A stretch of DNA of 64,000 bases, taken from a virus. Below, one piece after another: positions 38,328 through 47,303 of the stretch (positions are counted from its first letter, which is position 1; the number at the start of each line of letters is the position of its first letter). Where the stretch lies: IMG/VR virus record IMGVR_UViG_3300026263_000200, one strand, 5' to 3'. Below the pieces are notes generated by a model. That model was not told the origin of the DNA. It did not search any database and worked only from the letters and a program-made list of their open reading frames with translations. Position numbers and translations under genes: made by a program.

Positions 38328-38367
38328 AGACACATATAAACAATAAATATTAGGAGAGAAATATATT

Positions 38368-38697
38368 ATGAAAAAAGTGATGTTTATTATATTATTGAAT
38401 TTAGCATTATGGTTTGGACTAACAAGTCTATCCAATGTTGCTAATGCAAGTGAATATAATAAAGCAGTTATAGCACACGTTATCAAAGAAAATGTGAGTG
38501 GTAACGGTGTAGACCATACTGCTTTAATGGAGCAAGAACTACACAGGTTAGTATACGTTATGATAAATGAATTTAGTGGCGTATTACAAGCACACCTACC
38601 AAATATACTAGATAGTCTTGCTAGTGAAATCAGACAAAAAAATGATAAAGAGTTTAAATGTGCTCTTTTAAAAGGTTCAAATTATGAATGTGATTGA
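38368..38697 (+). CDS. secreted hypothetical protein
   Basis: RBS AGGAG; signal peptide ending ANA. Confidence 0.7.
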   Translation: MKKVMFIILLNLALWFGLTSLSNVANASEYNKAVIAHVIKENVSGNGVDHTALMEQELHRLVYVMINEFSGVLQAHLPNILDSLASEIRQKNDKEFKCALLKGSNYECD

Positions 38698-38878
38698 GAA
38701 CATAGTTTATACTTTGGATTGGATATATCAATATATTCCTAAAGAATTAGTATTGATTATATTAACGAGTCTTGTAATGTTTATTTTTTTAGAAATAGGA
38801 GATAGAAAAAGGAAGAAGCAATGGCTAAAAGAGTTAGAACCAAAACCAGTAAAAGGCAGAAAGTCAAAAAAAGACTAA
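38684..38878 (+). CDS. small TM protein
   Basis: One TM and a basic tail. Confidence 0.6.
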   Translation: MNVIENIVYTLDWIYQYIPKELVLIILTSLVMFIFLEIGDRKRKKQWLKELEPKPVKGRKSKKD

Positions 38879-39258
38879 AGATGGAACTGGCCGAAGTGAA
38901 AACTCGTAAGTATAAAACTACCTACACAGATATTAAAAAGTATTTTAAACTTATTAATCAACACGTATTTGATAATAAACTATCCCCATTTAATGATATT
39001 AAAATTAAACAAATAAAGGATAGACAATATCCTAGAGTATGGGGTCAAGTTGTTATTAATGACCAAGAAAGAAAAGGAACTAGAAATTACGTATTAGAAA
39101 TGATACCTAGTTATAAGAACAAAAAAGAATTTGTGGACACATTAGGACACGAAATGATACACCTGTTTCAAATGAGTAATTTAGGGGATACAGGAAATCA
39201 TAATGATATGTTTTATAGCTTTAGACCTAAACTAAATGCTATAGGATTAGATATATAA
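38821..39258 (+). CDS. SprT-like zinc metalloprotease
   Basis: TLGHEMIH...HNDMF. Confidence 0.8.
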   Translation: MAKRVRTKTSKRQKVKKRLKMELAEVKTRKYKTTYTDIKKYFKLINQHVFDNKLSPFNDIKIKQIKDRQYPRVWGQVVINDQERKGTRNYVLEMIPSYKNKKEFVDTLGHEMIHLFQMSNLGDTGNHNDMFYSFRPKLNAIGLDI

Positions 39259-39277
39259 TAATAAAAAGGATATAATT

Positions 39278-39559
39278 ATGGGTGAGGTGAGAAAAACAAA
39301 AGAACTAGACCACTATTTAAAGAGAATAATCTTAAAAGTTCCAGACAAAATTCAACAGTTTATAGATAATGCAGACGGTGAATTCTCTATGATTTATTAT
39401 ACTGGTGATTGGTCAAAAGACATATATGATAACTTTACTGAACTACAAGCAGAAAAGATATTTAAACGTATGGCACAATTTCAAAGTAAAATAAGTTTTC
39501 TCCAAAAGAAAAATGAACCATCAATCGGTGGTTATGAGTACAAAGTAGCGAGGTTTTAG
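39278..39559 (+). CDS. hypothetical protein
   Basis: ORF track; RBS AAAGGA. Confidence 0.6.
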   Translation: MGEVRKTKELDHYLKRIILKVPDKIQQFIDNADGEFSMIYYTGDWSKDIYDNFTELQAEKIFKRMAQFQSKISFLQKKNEPSIGGYEYKVARF

Positions 39560-40287
39560 TGAAAATCAAAGCAAGTACATCTAATTTTTTAAGAAAATCA
39601 TATTGGTGGTTAAAAGCAACATTATTAGTTGTTGCAATATCAACTATAACATATGGTATAGGAACATTTACACCTAATCCACTTGCAGTTAAGAAAGCAA
39701 CAGAAGAAGTTAGAATAGAACACGCTGAATGGGCAGAAAAATTAGGGTTAAATGAACCTAGTTTTGAATATACTAACTCAAAAGAATTTATAATAGAACT
39801 TAACAAGTGTGTTGATTTTTTAAATTATCATACACCACCAGATAAAAGAGTACCTATTCAAATGGTGACAGCACAAGCCGCTTTAGAGAGTGCTTGGGGT
39901 CAAAGTAGATTTGCAGTTAAGGCAAATAACTTATTTGGTATTAGAGTATTCAAAAGTACAAAACCACATTTATTACCAGAAGGTGTTGAAAAGTGGCCAG
40001 GTTGGGGAGTTAGAGTATTTGAAACAAAATGTAATTCAGTTAAAGAATACATAAGAATATTAAATGAACACCCAGCATATAAAGAGTTTAGAGCATTAAG
40101 AGCAAAATTACTAAAAGATGGTGAACTACTAGACGCAAAAGCACTAGTAAGAACTTTAGATAAATTTTCTACTACAGAAGATTATGATGAAAGAGTTATT
40201 AATATAATGAGTAAAGTAGAAAAAGTATTAAACGATATTCAAGAGGAAGATAAGCAAGTTAAAATCTTGCCAGAAACTAAACCATAA
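39559..40287 (+). CDS. membrane-anchored GH73 glucosaminidase (Bax-like)
   Basis: AQAALESAWGQSRFA...NNLFGIR; LNEHPAYKEFR. Confidence 0.88.
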   Translation: MKIKASTSNFLRKSYWWLKATLLVVAISTITYGIGTFTPNPLAVKKATEEVRIEHAEWAEKLGLNEPSFEYTNSKEFIIELNKCVDFLNYHTPPDKRVPIQMVTAQAALESAWGQSRFAVKANNLFGIRVFKSTKPHLLPEGVEKWPGWGVRVFETKCNSVKEYIRILNEHPAYKEFRALRAKLLKDGELLDAKALVRTLDKFSTTEDYDERVINIMSKVEKVLNDIQEEDKQVKILPETKP

Positions 40288-41345
40288 TGAGAAATTTGTT
40301 TTTCATTTTAGTAGTACTAGCTAGTGCCATATCTATATCAGGTATTGCTGCCGCTTATAGTATTATAGGACTAGCAACTTTATTTGCAGGTGCTAAAGTA
40401 GCAATTATTGCTATGGGTACTTCATTAGAAGTTGGTAAGTTAGTTGCCGCCAGTTGGTTATATCAAAACTGGAAGAATCCAAATCTACCACAATCAATAA
40501 GGGCATATTTAACTACGTCTGTTATTGTATTAGTATTTGTAACTAGTATGGGTATCTTTGGTTTCTTATCAAAGGCACACCTAGACCAAGTAAGACCTAC
40601 AAGTGATAATGCAGTACAAATAACATTAATAGATAAACAAATATTATCACAAAATGTTATTATAGATAGAGCAGAAAATACATTAAACTTATTAGACAAA
40701 GCATTAGAGGTATATATAGATAAGGAATATGTTAGTAGAGGACTAAAAGAACGTAAGAAACAAAAAGAAGAAAGAGATTTTTTAAATAATGAAATAAGAG
40801 TTGCAATGGATAAGATTGCAGAATTGACATTAAAGAAAGGTAATATAGAATTAGACCAATTAAAGATAGAAGCAGATGTTGGTCCACTTAAATATGTTGC
40901 AGAATTAATATATGGTGAAGACGCAAAAGACCATTTTGATGAAGCAGTTAGATGGATTATTATTGTATTAATATTTGTATTTGATCCATTAGCAGTATTG
41001 TTATTGATTGCCGCTAACATATCATTAAGAGAAAGAAAATTACAAAATGAAGCGAAGAGTAAGAAAAAAGAAAAAGAGATTAATTGGCAAAGGGAAGCGA
41101 CTAGAGCGAAAACTATATCGCAAGGTCTCCGAGATAAGCAAAAGTTTTACAAAACATTTTTTGCAAAATTAGGTAAAAGAGATTTAAAGAATAGAGATTA
41201 TGAAGAGTTTTTTAAGAGTATGGGTACGGAAGAGTTAATGAAATTAGGTTTAGATCCAGATGAGATAAGAATTAAACTAGACCAGATAATGGAATGGAAT
41301 GAAAAACCTGGTAAACCGTATTTAGAATCAGGAGTTAAGAAATGA
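40287..41345 (+). CDS. multi-TM coiled-coil membrane protein
   Basis: AAAYSIIGL, LEVGKL, TSMGIFGFLSKAH, VGPLKYVAE, VFDPLAV. Confidence 0.75.
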   Translation: MRNLFFILVVLASAISISGIAAAYSIIGLATLFAGAKVAIIAMGTSLEVGKLVAASWLYQNWKNPNLPQSIRAYLTTSVIVLVFVTSMGIFGFLSKAHLDQVRPTSDNAVQITLIDKQILSQNVIIDRAENTLNLLDKALEVYIDKEYVSRGLKERKKQKEERDFLNNEIRVAMDKIAELTLKKGNIELDQLKIEADVGPLKYVAELIYGEDAKDHFDEAVRWIIIVLIFVFDPLAVLLLIAANISLRERKLQNEAKSKKKEKEINWQREATRAKTISQGLRDKQKFYKTFFAKLGKRDLKNRDYEEFFKSMGTEELMKLGLDPDEIRIKLDQIMEWNEKPGKPYLESGVKK

Positions 41346-41644
41346 GAAAGATAGCAATACTATTATTACTACTTTTAAATGCGTGTGGTACAGCACCTGC
41401 TTGGTTAGCAACATCAGGTGGTGCATATTCAGAATATAAAGTAACTTCACTTATTAAAACAGGTACAGATTTGGCATTATCAGCTGCTGATTTACCTACA
41501 ACTAACGATTGGGCGTTATCAAAGATAACAGGTTATGATTGTAAAGTAACTAGAGCAATTAAAGAAGGAGTTGAGTATATTTGTAAGAACGTTGAAGTAC
41601 ACGTACCTACTAATACTACCATTGACAAAGATGAAAAAAAGTGA
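41342..41644 (+). CDS. lipoprotein
   Basis: Lipobox LNAC. Confidence 0.7.
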   Translation: MRKIAILLLLLLNACGTAPAWLATSGGAYSEYKVTSLIKTGTDLALSAADLPTTNDWALSKITGYDCKVTRAIKEGVEYICKNVEVHVPTNTTIDKDEKK

Positions 41645-41650
41645 TATTAT
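41622..41650 (+). promoter_or_regulatory. sigma70-type promoter
   Basis: TTGACA-N17-TATTAT. Confidence 0.7.
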
Positions 41651-41865
41651 GATACTTATGAAAACACATTATAATGCTTGCAACAGATGTGCTGAAAAAT
41701 TGATTAACAATGCTGAAAAAGCAATGTCTAGGTCAGAAACAGATTGGTCAAAGAACTTTTGGCACGGTGTATGGAAGAAATTAAGAAGTAAATATAAACA
41801 AGAAAAGGTAACCTATCATTAATATGAAACAGGCAATAATAGAAGCAATTTATTTTGGAGAATAA

Positions 41866-42441
41866 ATGTTAGACTATGTGTTAAGTGGTGGAATATTAAC
41901 TCTTCCAGGTTTCTTTCCAGCAGATAAGTATTGGGATATTAAAAAAGATTTAGATAATAATTTACAATGGCGTGAATCACACCAACCATTTAAAAATCAA
42001 TATGGAAATAGATTACAGGCGTTTCCTTGTTATGAAAGTCCATATGATAAAGAGAATGATTTTATTATAAACAAGATAGAAAGTATATTAGGAAATAAAA
42101 TTCGTGATTTCAAGACACTTGCTAGAAAAATTGTATTGAGTGAGATAAAACAATCTCCACAAAACTTTGGTAAATATGGTTTTATACATAGAGATACTTC
42201 TACAGAAGATAAAGAACCTTTAATGGCAGCAGTTATGTATTTTGCCCAGGCATATGATGGAGGTACGGCATTTTTTCATACTCAAATGGAAAAAACACCA
42301 GACATATATATAAGTTCCATTCCAAATAGATTGGTTTTATATAGTGGTGCCTTACAACACGCACCTTGTTTAGATTATACTTTTAAAGAAAGAAAAACAA
42401 TAACTTTCTTTTTTAGATTACAGAAAAAAGGAAATGAATAG
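41866..42441 (+). CDS. putative 2OG-Fe(II) oxygenase
   Basis: HRD, GGTAFF, PNRLVLY...H, R. Confidence 0.7.
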   Translation: MLDYVLSGGILTLPGFFPADKYWDIKKDLDNNLQWRESHQPFKNQYGNRLQAFPCYESPYDKENDFIINKIESILGNKIRDFKTLARKIVLSEIKQSPQNFGKYGFIHRDTSTEDKEPLMAAVMYFAQAYDGGTAFFHTQMEKTPDIYISSIPNRLVLYSGALQHAPCLDYTFKERKTITFFFRLQKKGNE

Positions 42442-42494
42442 AGGAACTATAGCACCATTGTTGAAAAAATACTTTGGTAGATTAGATAAAAAAG

Positions 42495-42710
42495 ATGAGC
42501 GTAAAGAGATTAAAAGATTTGAAGAGAAAAAGAGAACAAATAATATTAGCAGGAATGACATCAAAAAAACAATTAAAAGTAGATAAAACAGATTATCAAG
42601 ATGTTGCTGATTGTATCAGAAGCGACCAAGTACCTGCCTCGGCAGTAGTTGAATATTTTTCTGATAAACTTTTTTATAAGTGGTACAAGAAGAGATATCT
42701 CAATGCCTAG
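42495..42710 (+). CDS. hypothetical protein
   Basis: DCIRSDQVP motif; ORF track. Confidence 0.6.
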   Translation: MSVKRLKDLKRKREQIILAGMTSKKQLKVDKTDYQDVADCIRSDQVPASAVVEYFSDKLFYKWYKKRYLNA

Positions 42711-43023
42711 ATACACGTTTGAAAATAAGAAGACAGGTAAGCAGTGGACTGATATGATGATGATTTCAGAAATGGAAGAATATCTAAAAAAGAATAAGCA
42801 TATTAGACAAGTACCTGTACCCATAAATATAGTTGGAGGGGTTGCTGGCATTTCTTATAGAGAAGACGGTGGTTGGAAAGATGTTAAACAAAAAATAGCA
42901 GAAGCACATCCAAATAGCTCTTTTGCTCAACATCATAGACGTAGAGGCATAAAAGAAATTAAAACAGACCAAGCGATTAAGAGAGCCAGAACACGAAACA
43001 GACGAAAAGGAGTAGCAGATTAA
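42703..43023 (+). CDS. FmdB-like small protein lacking Zn ligands
   Basis: MPRYTFENKKTG...MISEMEEYLKKN; GWKDVKQKIAEAHP. Confidence 0.65.
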   Translation: MPRYTFENKKTGKQWTDMMMISEMEEYLKKNKHIRQVPVPINIVGGVAGISYREDGGWKDVKQKIAEAHPNSSFAQHHRRRGIKEIKTDQAIKRARTRNRRKGVAD

Positions 43024-43415
43024 TGGCAGACAAAGACATACCAGACTTTATGCGTGGGTTTGATTTAGATAACGATTGGGGTTTTACTCCAGTATCATCT
43101 AAACCATCAGACACACCGAGCATTGATCCTAAAGTAGTAGAAGGAACAAACATTGAACTATCTAAAGTTAAGTCAGATGTTTCTACTATCAAAAGTATGA
43201 TGAACGAAATTATGCAAATAGTGAACGATAAAGAAACGATAACAAAAGAGATTAGTGATGAAGAAACTCAAGCAAGGTTTAAAGATATTGAAAAGATTGT
43301 GTTACCGTTTTTATATAATTTACAAAAAAGTGATGAACCTTATATACATTGGCCGAATAGAGGTCCAATTATTAAGGCGCAAATAGAGAAACTTTTAAAA
43401 CTAACAAGAGGATAA
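43023..43415 (+). CDS. conserved phage hypothetical protein
   Basis: DWGFT, LPFLYNL, YIHWPNR. Confidence 0.7.
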   Translation: MADKDIPDFMRGFDLDNDWGFTPVSSKPSDTPSIDPKVVEGTNIELSKVKSDVSTIKSMMNEIMQIVNDKETITKEISDEETQARFKDIEKIVLPFLYNLQKSDEPYIHWPNRGPIIKAQIEKLLKLTRG

Positions 43416-43418
43416 TAA

Positions 43419-43889
43419 ATGAAATTAACCGAAAATTTTTCGTTGAAGGAGATGACCAAAAGTCAGACGGCTGAAAGGCACGGAATTAGTAATAATCCTA
43501 GTGAAGACCATCAAGAGAACTTGAAAAAATTATGTGATGAAATATTACAACCGATTAGAACTCATTATGGTAAGGTAGTATCAGTATCAAGTGGGTATCG
43601 TTCTCCAGAATTATGTGTTAAGATAGGTTCAAGTTTAAAATCACAGCACGCCAAGGGGCAAGCCGCTGATTTTGAAATATTTGGGATACCAAATGCTGAA
43701 CTAGCAAAATACATAATTGATAATTTAGATTTTGACCAACTGATATTGGAATACCACAATGTGGATGAACCGAATAGCGGTTGGATCCATTGCTCATATA
43801 AGAATTCAGAAGATAATAGAAAGCAGATATTAAGAGCTTATAGAAATTCTGATGGAAAGACGATATATGAGCCATACGACCCTAGTTGA
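43419..43889 (+). CDS. peptidase M15A (Zn D-Ala-D-Ala peptidase family), endolysin candidate
   Basis: NFSLKEM, SSGYRS, SQHAKGQAADF, DQLILE, WIHCS. Confidence 0.88.
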   Translation: MKLTENFSLKEMTKSQTAERHGISNNPSEDHQENLKKLCDEILQPIRTHYGKVVSVSSGYRSPELCVKIGSSLKSQHAKGQAADFEIFGIPNAELAKYIIDNLDFDQLILEYHNVDEPNSGWIHCSYKNSEDNRKQILRAYRNSDGKTIYEPYDPS

Positions 43890-43973
43890 GAGGTAAATAC
43901 TCTTAATAATGAGCGAGAAGAGGAACGTAAGAAACTTACTGACCACTATATGCTCCATAGGTCTATTTAAGCA

Positions 43974-44002
43974 TTGACAAATTGCTAATATAATGTTATT
44001 AT
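43974..44002 (+). promoter_or_regulatory. sigma70-type promoter
   Basis: TTGACA-N17-TATTAT. Confidence 0.75.
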
Positions 44003-44159
44003 AAGAGTATGAGTATAAAAAAACAGATTGAAGTATTAAAAGAAACAATCAAGTGGTTCAGGACTCAAATTGAACCACACGATTGTGGATGGATGTACAC
44101 AACAATAGACGGTATCAAACACCGAATAAGTGATTTGAGAAAGAAATTGAGGAAACAAA

Positions 44160-44852
44160 ATGGCAAGTAAATTTACTTGGGTTGATATAGATAAAACTAA
44201 ACTCCCAAACACAAAAGGCAGACGTATAGACGGTTTCCGTTTTTATGAAGTTGATGGTAAAAACTATCCATCTATTACAACAGTTTTAGGTGTACAGAAA
44301 AAAGAAGGATTAGAGAAGTGGAGAAGAGCAGTTGGTGAAGAAGCAGCCAATTGGGAAATGGGTAGAGCAGCACGAAGAGGCAAAGCAACTCATACACTTG
44401 TTGAACAATATTTAAAAGGTGAAACACCGAGTATTCGTGATGTGTTGCCATTAGGTATGTTTAGATTAATGCTACCTTACATAGACCAAATTAATAATAT
44501 ACATATGTTAGAAACAATAATGTATAGTCATAAATTGACCCTTGCAGGTCAAGTTGATTGTATTGCTGAGTATAATGGTAAGTTATCAGTAATAGATTTC
44601 AAGACAGCAAATAAAGAACGTAAAGAAGATTGGATAGAGAACTATTTTGTTCAGACTACCGCCTATGCAATGATGTACGAGGAGTTATTCGGAAAACGAA
44701 TAGACCAATTAGTCATATTAATGGCTGGTGAAGATGGTACAATGCGTTCTTTTGTCAAAGACAGAAAAGAATTTGAACCTAAACTTGAAGAATCTATAAA
44801 GTATTTTTATAAATACTATGAAGAACTGAACAAAGATAAAATCAAGCAATAA
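44160..44852 (+). CDS. PD-(D/E)XK exonuclease
   Basis: YPSITTVL, RGKATH, AGQVDCI, IDFKT, QTTAY. Confidence 0.88.
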   Translation: MASKFTWVDIDKTKLPNTKGRRIDGFRFYEVDGKNYPSITTVLGVQKKEGLEKWRRAVGEEAANWEMGRAARRGKATHTLVEQYLKGETPSIRDVLPLGMFRLMLPYIDQINNIHMLETIMYSHKLTLAGQVDCIAEYNGKLSVIDFKTANKERKEDWIENYFVQTTAYAMMYEELFGKRIDQLVILMAGEDGTMRSFVKDRKEFEPKLEESIKYFYKYYEELNKDKIKQ

Positions 44853-44894
44853 CATTAATGAAGTGGCCTAAATTTTATCCACGAAAGGTCACTT

Positions 44895-45296
44895 ATGTTA
44901 AAATACTTAATATCAATAATATTTGCAACAGCACTCTTAATGAGTCCTGTTGTTGGAGCAGTATCAGATTCACCAACTCCTGATACAATTGAACCTTTAC
45001 AACCTGAAGCACAACCAAAACTTTATTGGATGCAAATGCCAGTAATGTGTGGTCAGCAAGTCTATATTGAAGAATATTTAAAGACATATAAATTTAATAT
45101 GGCTAATATGTCTGTTGGTAAAGTTGGTGCAAGGGAAGATGGTGAGATAGTCTATTATGTTACCTATTGGGTGTCAGAAGATTTTAAACAATCAATAGCA
45201 GTAGTAACTAATATGAAAGGTACGGAATCTTGTATGATGTACAAGTCGTTTAATTTACAATGGACAGAACCTCCAAAACCAAAAACTGATTTATAA
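44895..45296 (+). CDS. secreted hypothetical protein
   Basis: Signal peptide; PVMCG...ESC. Confidence 0.65.
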   Translation: MLKYLISIIFATALLMSPVVGAVSDSPTPDTIEPLQPEAQPKLYWMQMPVMCGQQVYIEEYLKTYKFNMANMSVGKVGAREDGEIVYYVTYWVSEDFKQSIAVVTNMKGTESCMMYKSFNLQWTEPPKPKTDL

Positions 45297-45311
45297 TGAA
45301 TTTGACGTTGA

Positions 45312-45551
45312 AGGGTAGATAATAATTAGTGAGGACGTGGGTGCGATTCCCACCACCTCCACCAATTCAAAACACATTTTTGTGTGCTTTAAGGGGGTGA
45401 GTTAGATTCGACTACTAACTAAAACTATCTGGAGTTAAATCGCTGACAGCGTACTGTTAATTTTAAATGGCGAAGGAAACTTTGCTCTTGCTGCCTAGTT
45501 AATAGGTAACGGCGTTTGTGTAGTTTTCGTGGCAACAGAAAAATTACACAC
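45312..45551 (+). ncRNA. ssrA: circularly permuted two-piece tmRNA (alphaproteobacterial type)
   Basis: Acceptor piece with T-arm GTGGG-TGCGATT-CCCAC and CACCTCCACCA (ends 45364); intervening hairpin; coding piece starting GGGGGTGA...GATTCGAC (45393); G3:U70 pair; tag GEGNFALAA-stop at 45469-45498; terminal hairpin containing GGCAACAGAA. Confidence 0.92.
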
Positions 45552-45580
45552 TTTACATTTGCTAATAAATATGTTATAGT
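45552..45580 (+). promoter_or_regulatory. sigma70-type promoter for gp33-thyX-gp59
   Basis: TTTACA-N17-TATAGT. Confidence 0.65.
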
Positions 45581-45586
45581 AACACA

Positions 45587-45802
45587 ATGAACTCAAAAGA
45601 ATTTTCACTAATAATAGAGGACATAGTAAAGAAGCATAAAGAACTATCATATGTGGATGCTATTGTCAAATATTGTGATGATAACAATATTGAAATTGAA
45701 ACTACAGCACGTTTAATTACAAAACAACTCAAAGAAAAAATACAACATCAATCAGCACAACTAAACCTGTTAAAAGGTGGTAAACCTGGAATGCTACCAT
45801 AA
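45587..45802 (+). CDS. gp33: late promoter transcription coactivator (T4 gp33-like)
   Basis: FSLIIEDIV...SYVDAIVKYCDDNNIEIE...LKEKI...LNLLK. Confidence 0.85.
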   Translation: MNSKEFSLIIEDIVKKHKELSYVDAIVKYCDDNNIEIETTARLITKQLKEKIQHQSAQLNLLKGGKPGMLP

Positions 45803-46002
45803 TGAAAGAACCTAAATTAGATTTTGGACCTACAAAGAAAGACCACGGTTGGTTCTATTATGTTTGGAACTGGAAAACTTATGTGTTCTATGCATTATTA
45901 ATTGTTGGTTCAATACTTGCATTTATAGACCAAGGTATAACAGGTACTCTTTCTGTTATAGGTATATTATATGGACTTAAATTGTTAGGGAAGTTATTTT
46001 AA
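45802..46002 (+). CDS. small two-TM protein
   Basis: Hydrophobic segments; coupled. Confidence 0.65.
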   Translation: MKEPKLDFGPTKKDHGWFYYVWNWKTYVFYALLIVGSILAFIDQGITGTLSVIGILYGLKLLGKLF

Positions 46003-46616
46003 TGAATATACAAATTATAGATAAAATGGGTAGTGACCTATCAGTAGTAAATGCTGCTAGAGTATCATTTTCAAAAACAAAAGAAGTACTTGATGAAAAA
46101 GATGATAAGTTAATTAAGTATTTGGCTAAACATAATCATTGGTCTCCATTTGCTCACGCCTTTTTATCATTTAGAATTAAGGCACCTGTATTTGTAGCAA
46201 GACAATTAGTTAAACATCAAGTAGGTTTAAGTTGGAACGAAGTGAGTAGAAGATATGTAGATGATAAACCAGAATTTTATATACCATTTATGTGGAGAAA
46301 GAGACCAGAAGAAAATATTAAACAAGGTTCAAGTAAAGAAGAGATTGAATTTGATATTATGGAGTTAATAGATACTTGTAAAGGAACATACCATTATATG
46401 TTAGAGGAAGGTATTGCACCTGAAATGGCACGTATGGTATTGCCTCAATGTATGATGACCGAGTGGATATGGTCAGGTAGTGTATATGCCTTTAGTAGAG
46501 TTTGTAATTTAAGAAATAAGGAGAATGCTCAAGAGGAAACTAGAATGGTCACTCATCAATTATCAAAACATATAAAAGACCATTTTCCAATTTGTTATAA
46601 GTATTTGATTGATTAA
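46002..46616 (+). CDS. thyX: FAD-dependent thymidylate synthase
   Basis: VVNAARVSF, HWSPF, RQLVKHQ...NEVSRRY, ARMVLP. Confidence 0.95.
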   Translation: MNIQIIDKMGSDLSVVNAARVSFSKTKEVLDEKDDKLIKYLAKHNHWSPFAHAFLSFRIKAPVFVARQLVKHQVGLSWNEVSRRYVDDKPEFYIPFMWRKRPEENIKQGSSKEEIEFDIMELIDTCKGTYHYMLEEGIAPEMARMVLPQCMMTEWIWSGSVYAFSRVCNLRNKENAQEETRMVTHQLSKHIKDHFPICYKYLID

Positions 46617-47241
46617 TATGGCGTATGGTGGATTTGACGTATATAAGATATATCTAGGAGTTAAGTTGCATTTTACAACAGACACTTATGACTATCATAA
46701 ATATACAGGTAAAGTAAATGCAACATTGGATTCATTTACTAAAAGAAAAGATAGATACTTCTTCTATAAGTTATCTACAAGATATAGTCCAAGTGAAGTG
46801 CTTGATTTTTTTGTAAGTAATTTTATTGACGATAGTAAAAAATGGATAGGAAATTTATTAAATGACGATGGACACAAAACCTACCTCAATTACAGAAAAT
46901 ATTTTGAGTCTTTTGACTACAGTTTACGAAACAGTATTAATAGTATTGTTTATGACTTTAGCAGGAGGGGCATTTCTTTTGATGACGGTTTCAGCGTGGT
47001 TAATGGGCAACATCCTAGAATGCTACGATTACTTATTCAACGGAAAGTTTCATACTCAACCGCCATCATACTTGATTCGGTTCTTGGTTTTATTAAAAAC
47101 TGGGATAAACAAATTACTGAAAAAGTTGTGTGGTCTGATATGTCCAGAAAACTTAAAAAAATGAAACCATTTATATCATTTAATAGAACTAAAGCAAAAT
47201 TAATAATGAAGGAGATTATAACAAGTGAACTCAAATCTTAA
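46609..47241 (+). CDS. gp59: helicase loader (T4 gp59-like)
   Basis: YKIYLGVKLHFT..YDY, FTKRKDRYFF, HP, KPF. Confidence 0.88.
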   Translation: MINMAYGGFDVYKIYLGVKLHFTTDTYDYHKYTGKVNATLDSFTKRKDRYFFYKLSTRYSPSEVLDFFVSNFIDDSKKWIGNLLNDDGHKTYLNYRKYFESFDYSLRNSINSIVYDFSRRGISFDDGFSVVNGQHPRMLRLLIQRKVSYSTAIILDSVLGFIKNWDKQITEKVVWSDMSRKLKKMKPFISFNRTKAKLIMKEIITSELKS

Positions 47242-47303
47242 AAAGAAAATAAATGGTACGTGGACAGTACAAGAAATATTAGAAGCGATGGAGGTTATAT
47301 TAA

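Noticed and set aside
41587-41600. GAAC-N6-GTAC as a LexA box upstream of the 41622 promoter
   Set aside because: The spacer is 6 rather than 7 nt and the site lies in coding sequence.
43887-43889. Selenocysteine codon or genome-wide stop-codon recoding
   Set aside because: No recognisable bacterial SECIS spacing or redox motif; conserved genes elsewhere are intact under the standard code and end in TAA, TAG or TGA.
44160-44852. Cas4 / CRISPR system
   Set aside because: No Fe-S cysteine set, no cas neighbours and no repeat-spacer array seen anywhere in the window.
45331-45364. tRNA gene or attP-like tRNA 3' fragment
   Set aside because: No anticodon or D-arm upstream; fully explained as the acceptor piece of the permuted tmRNA.
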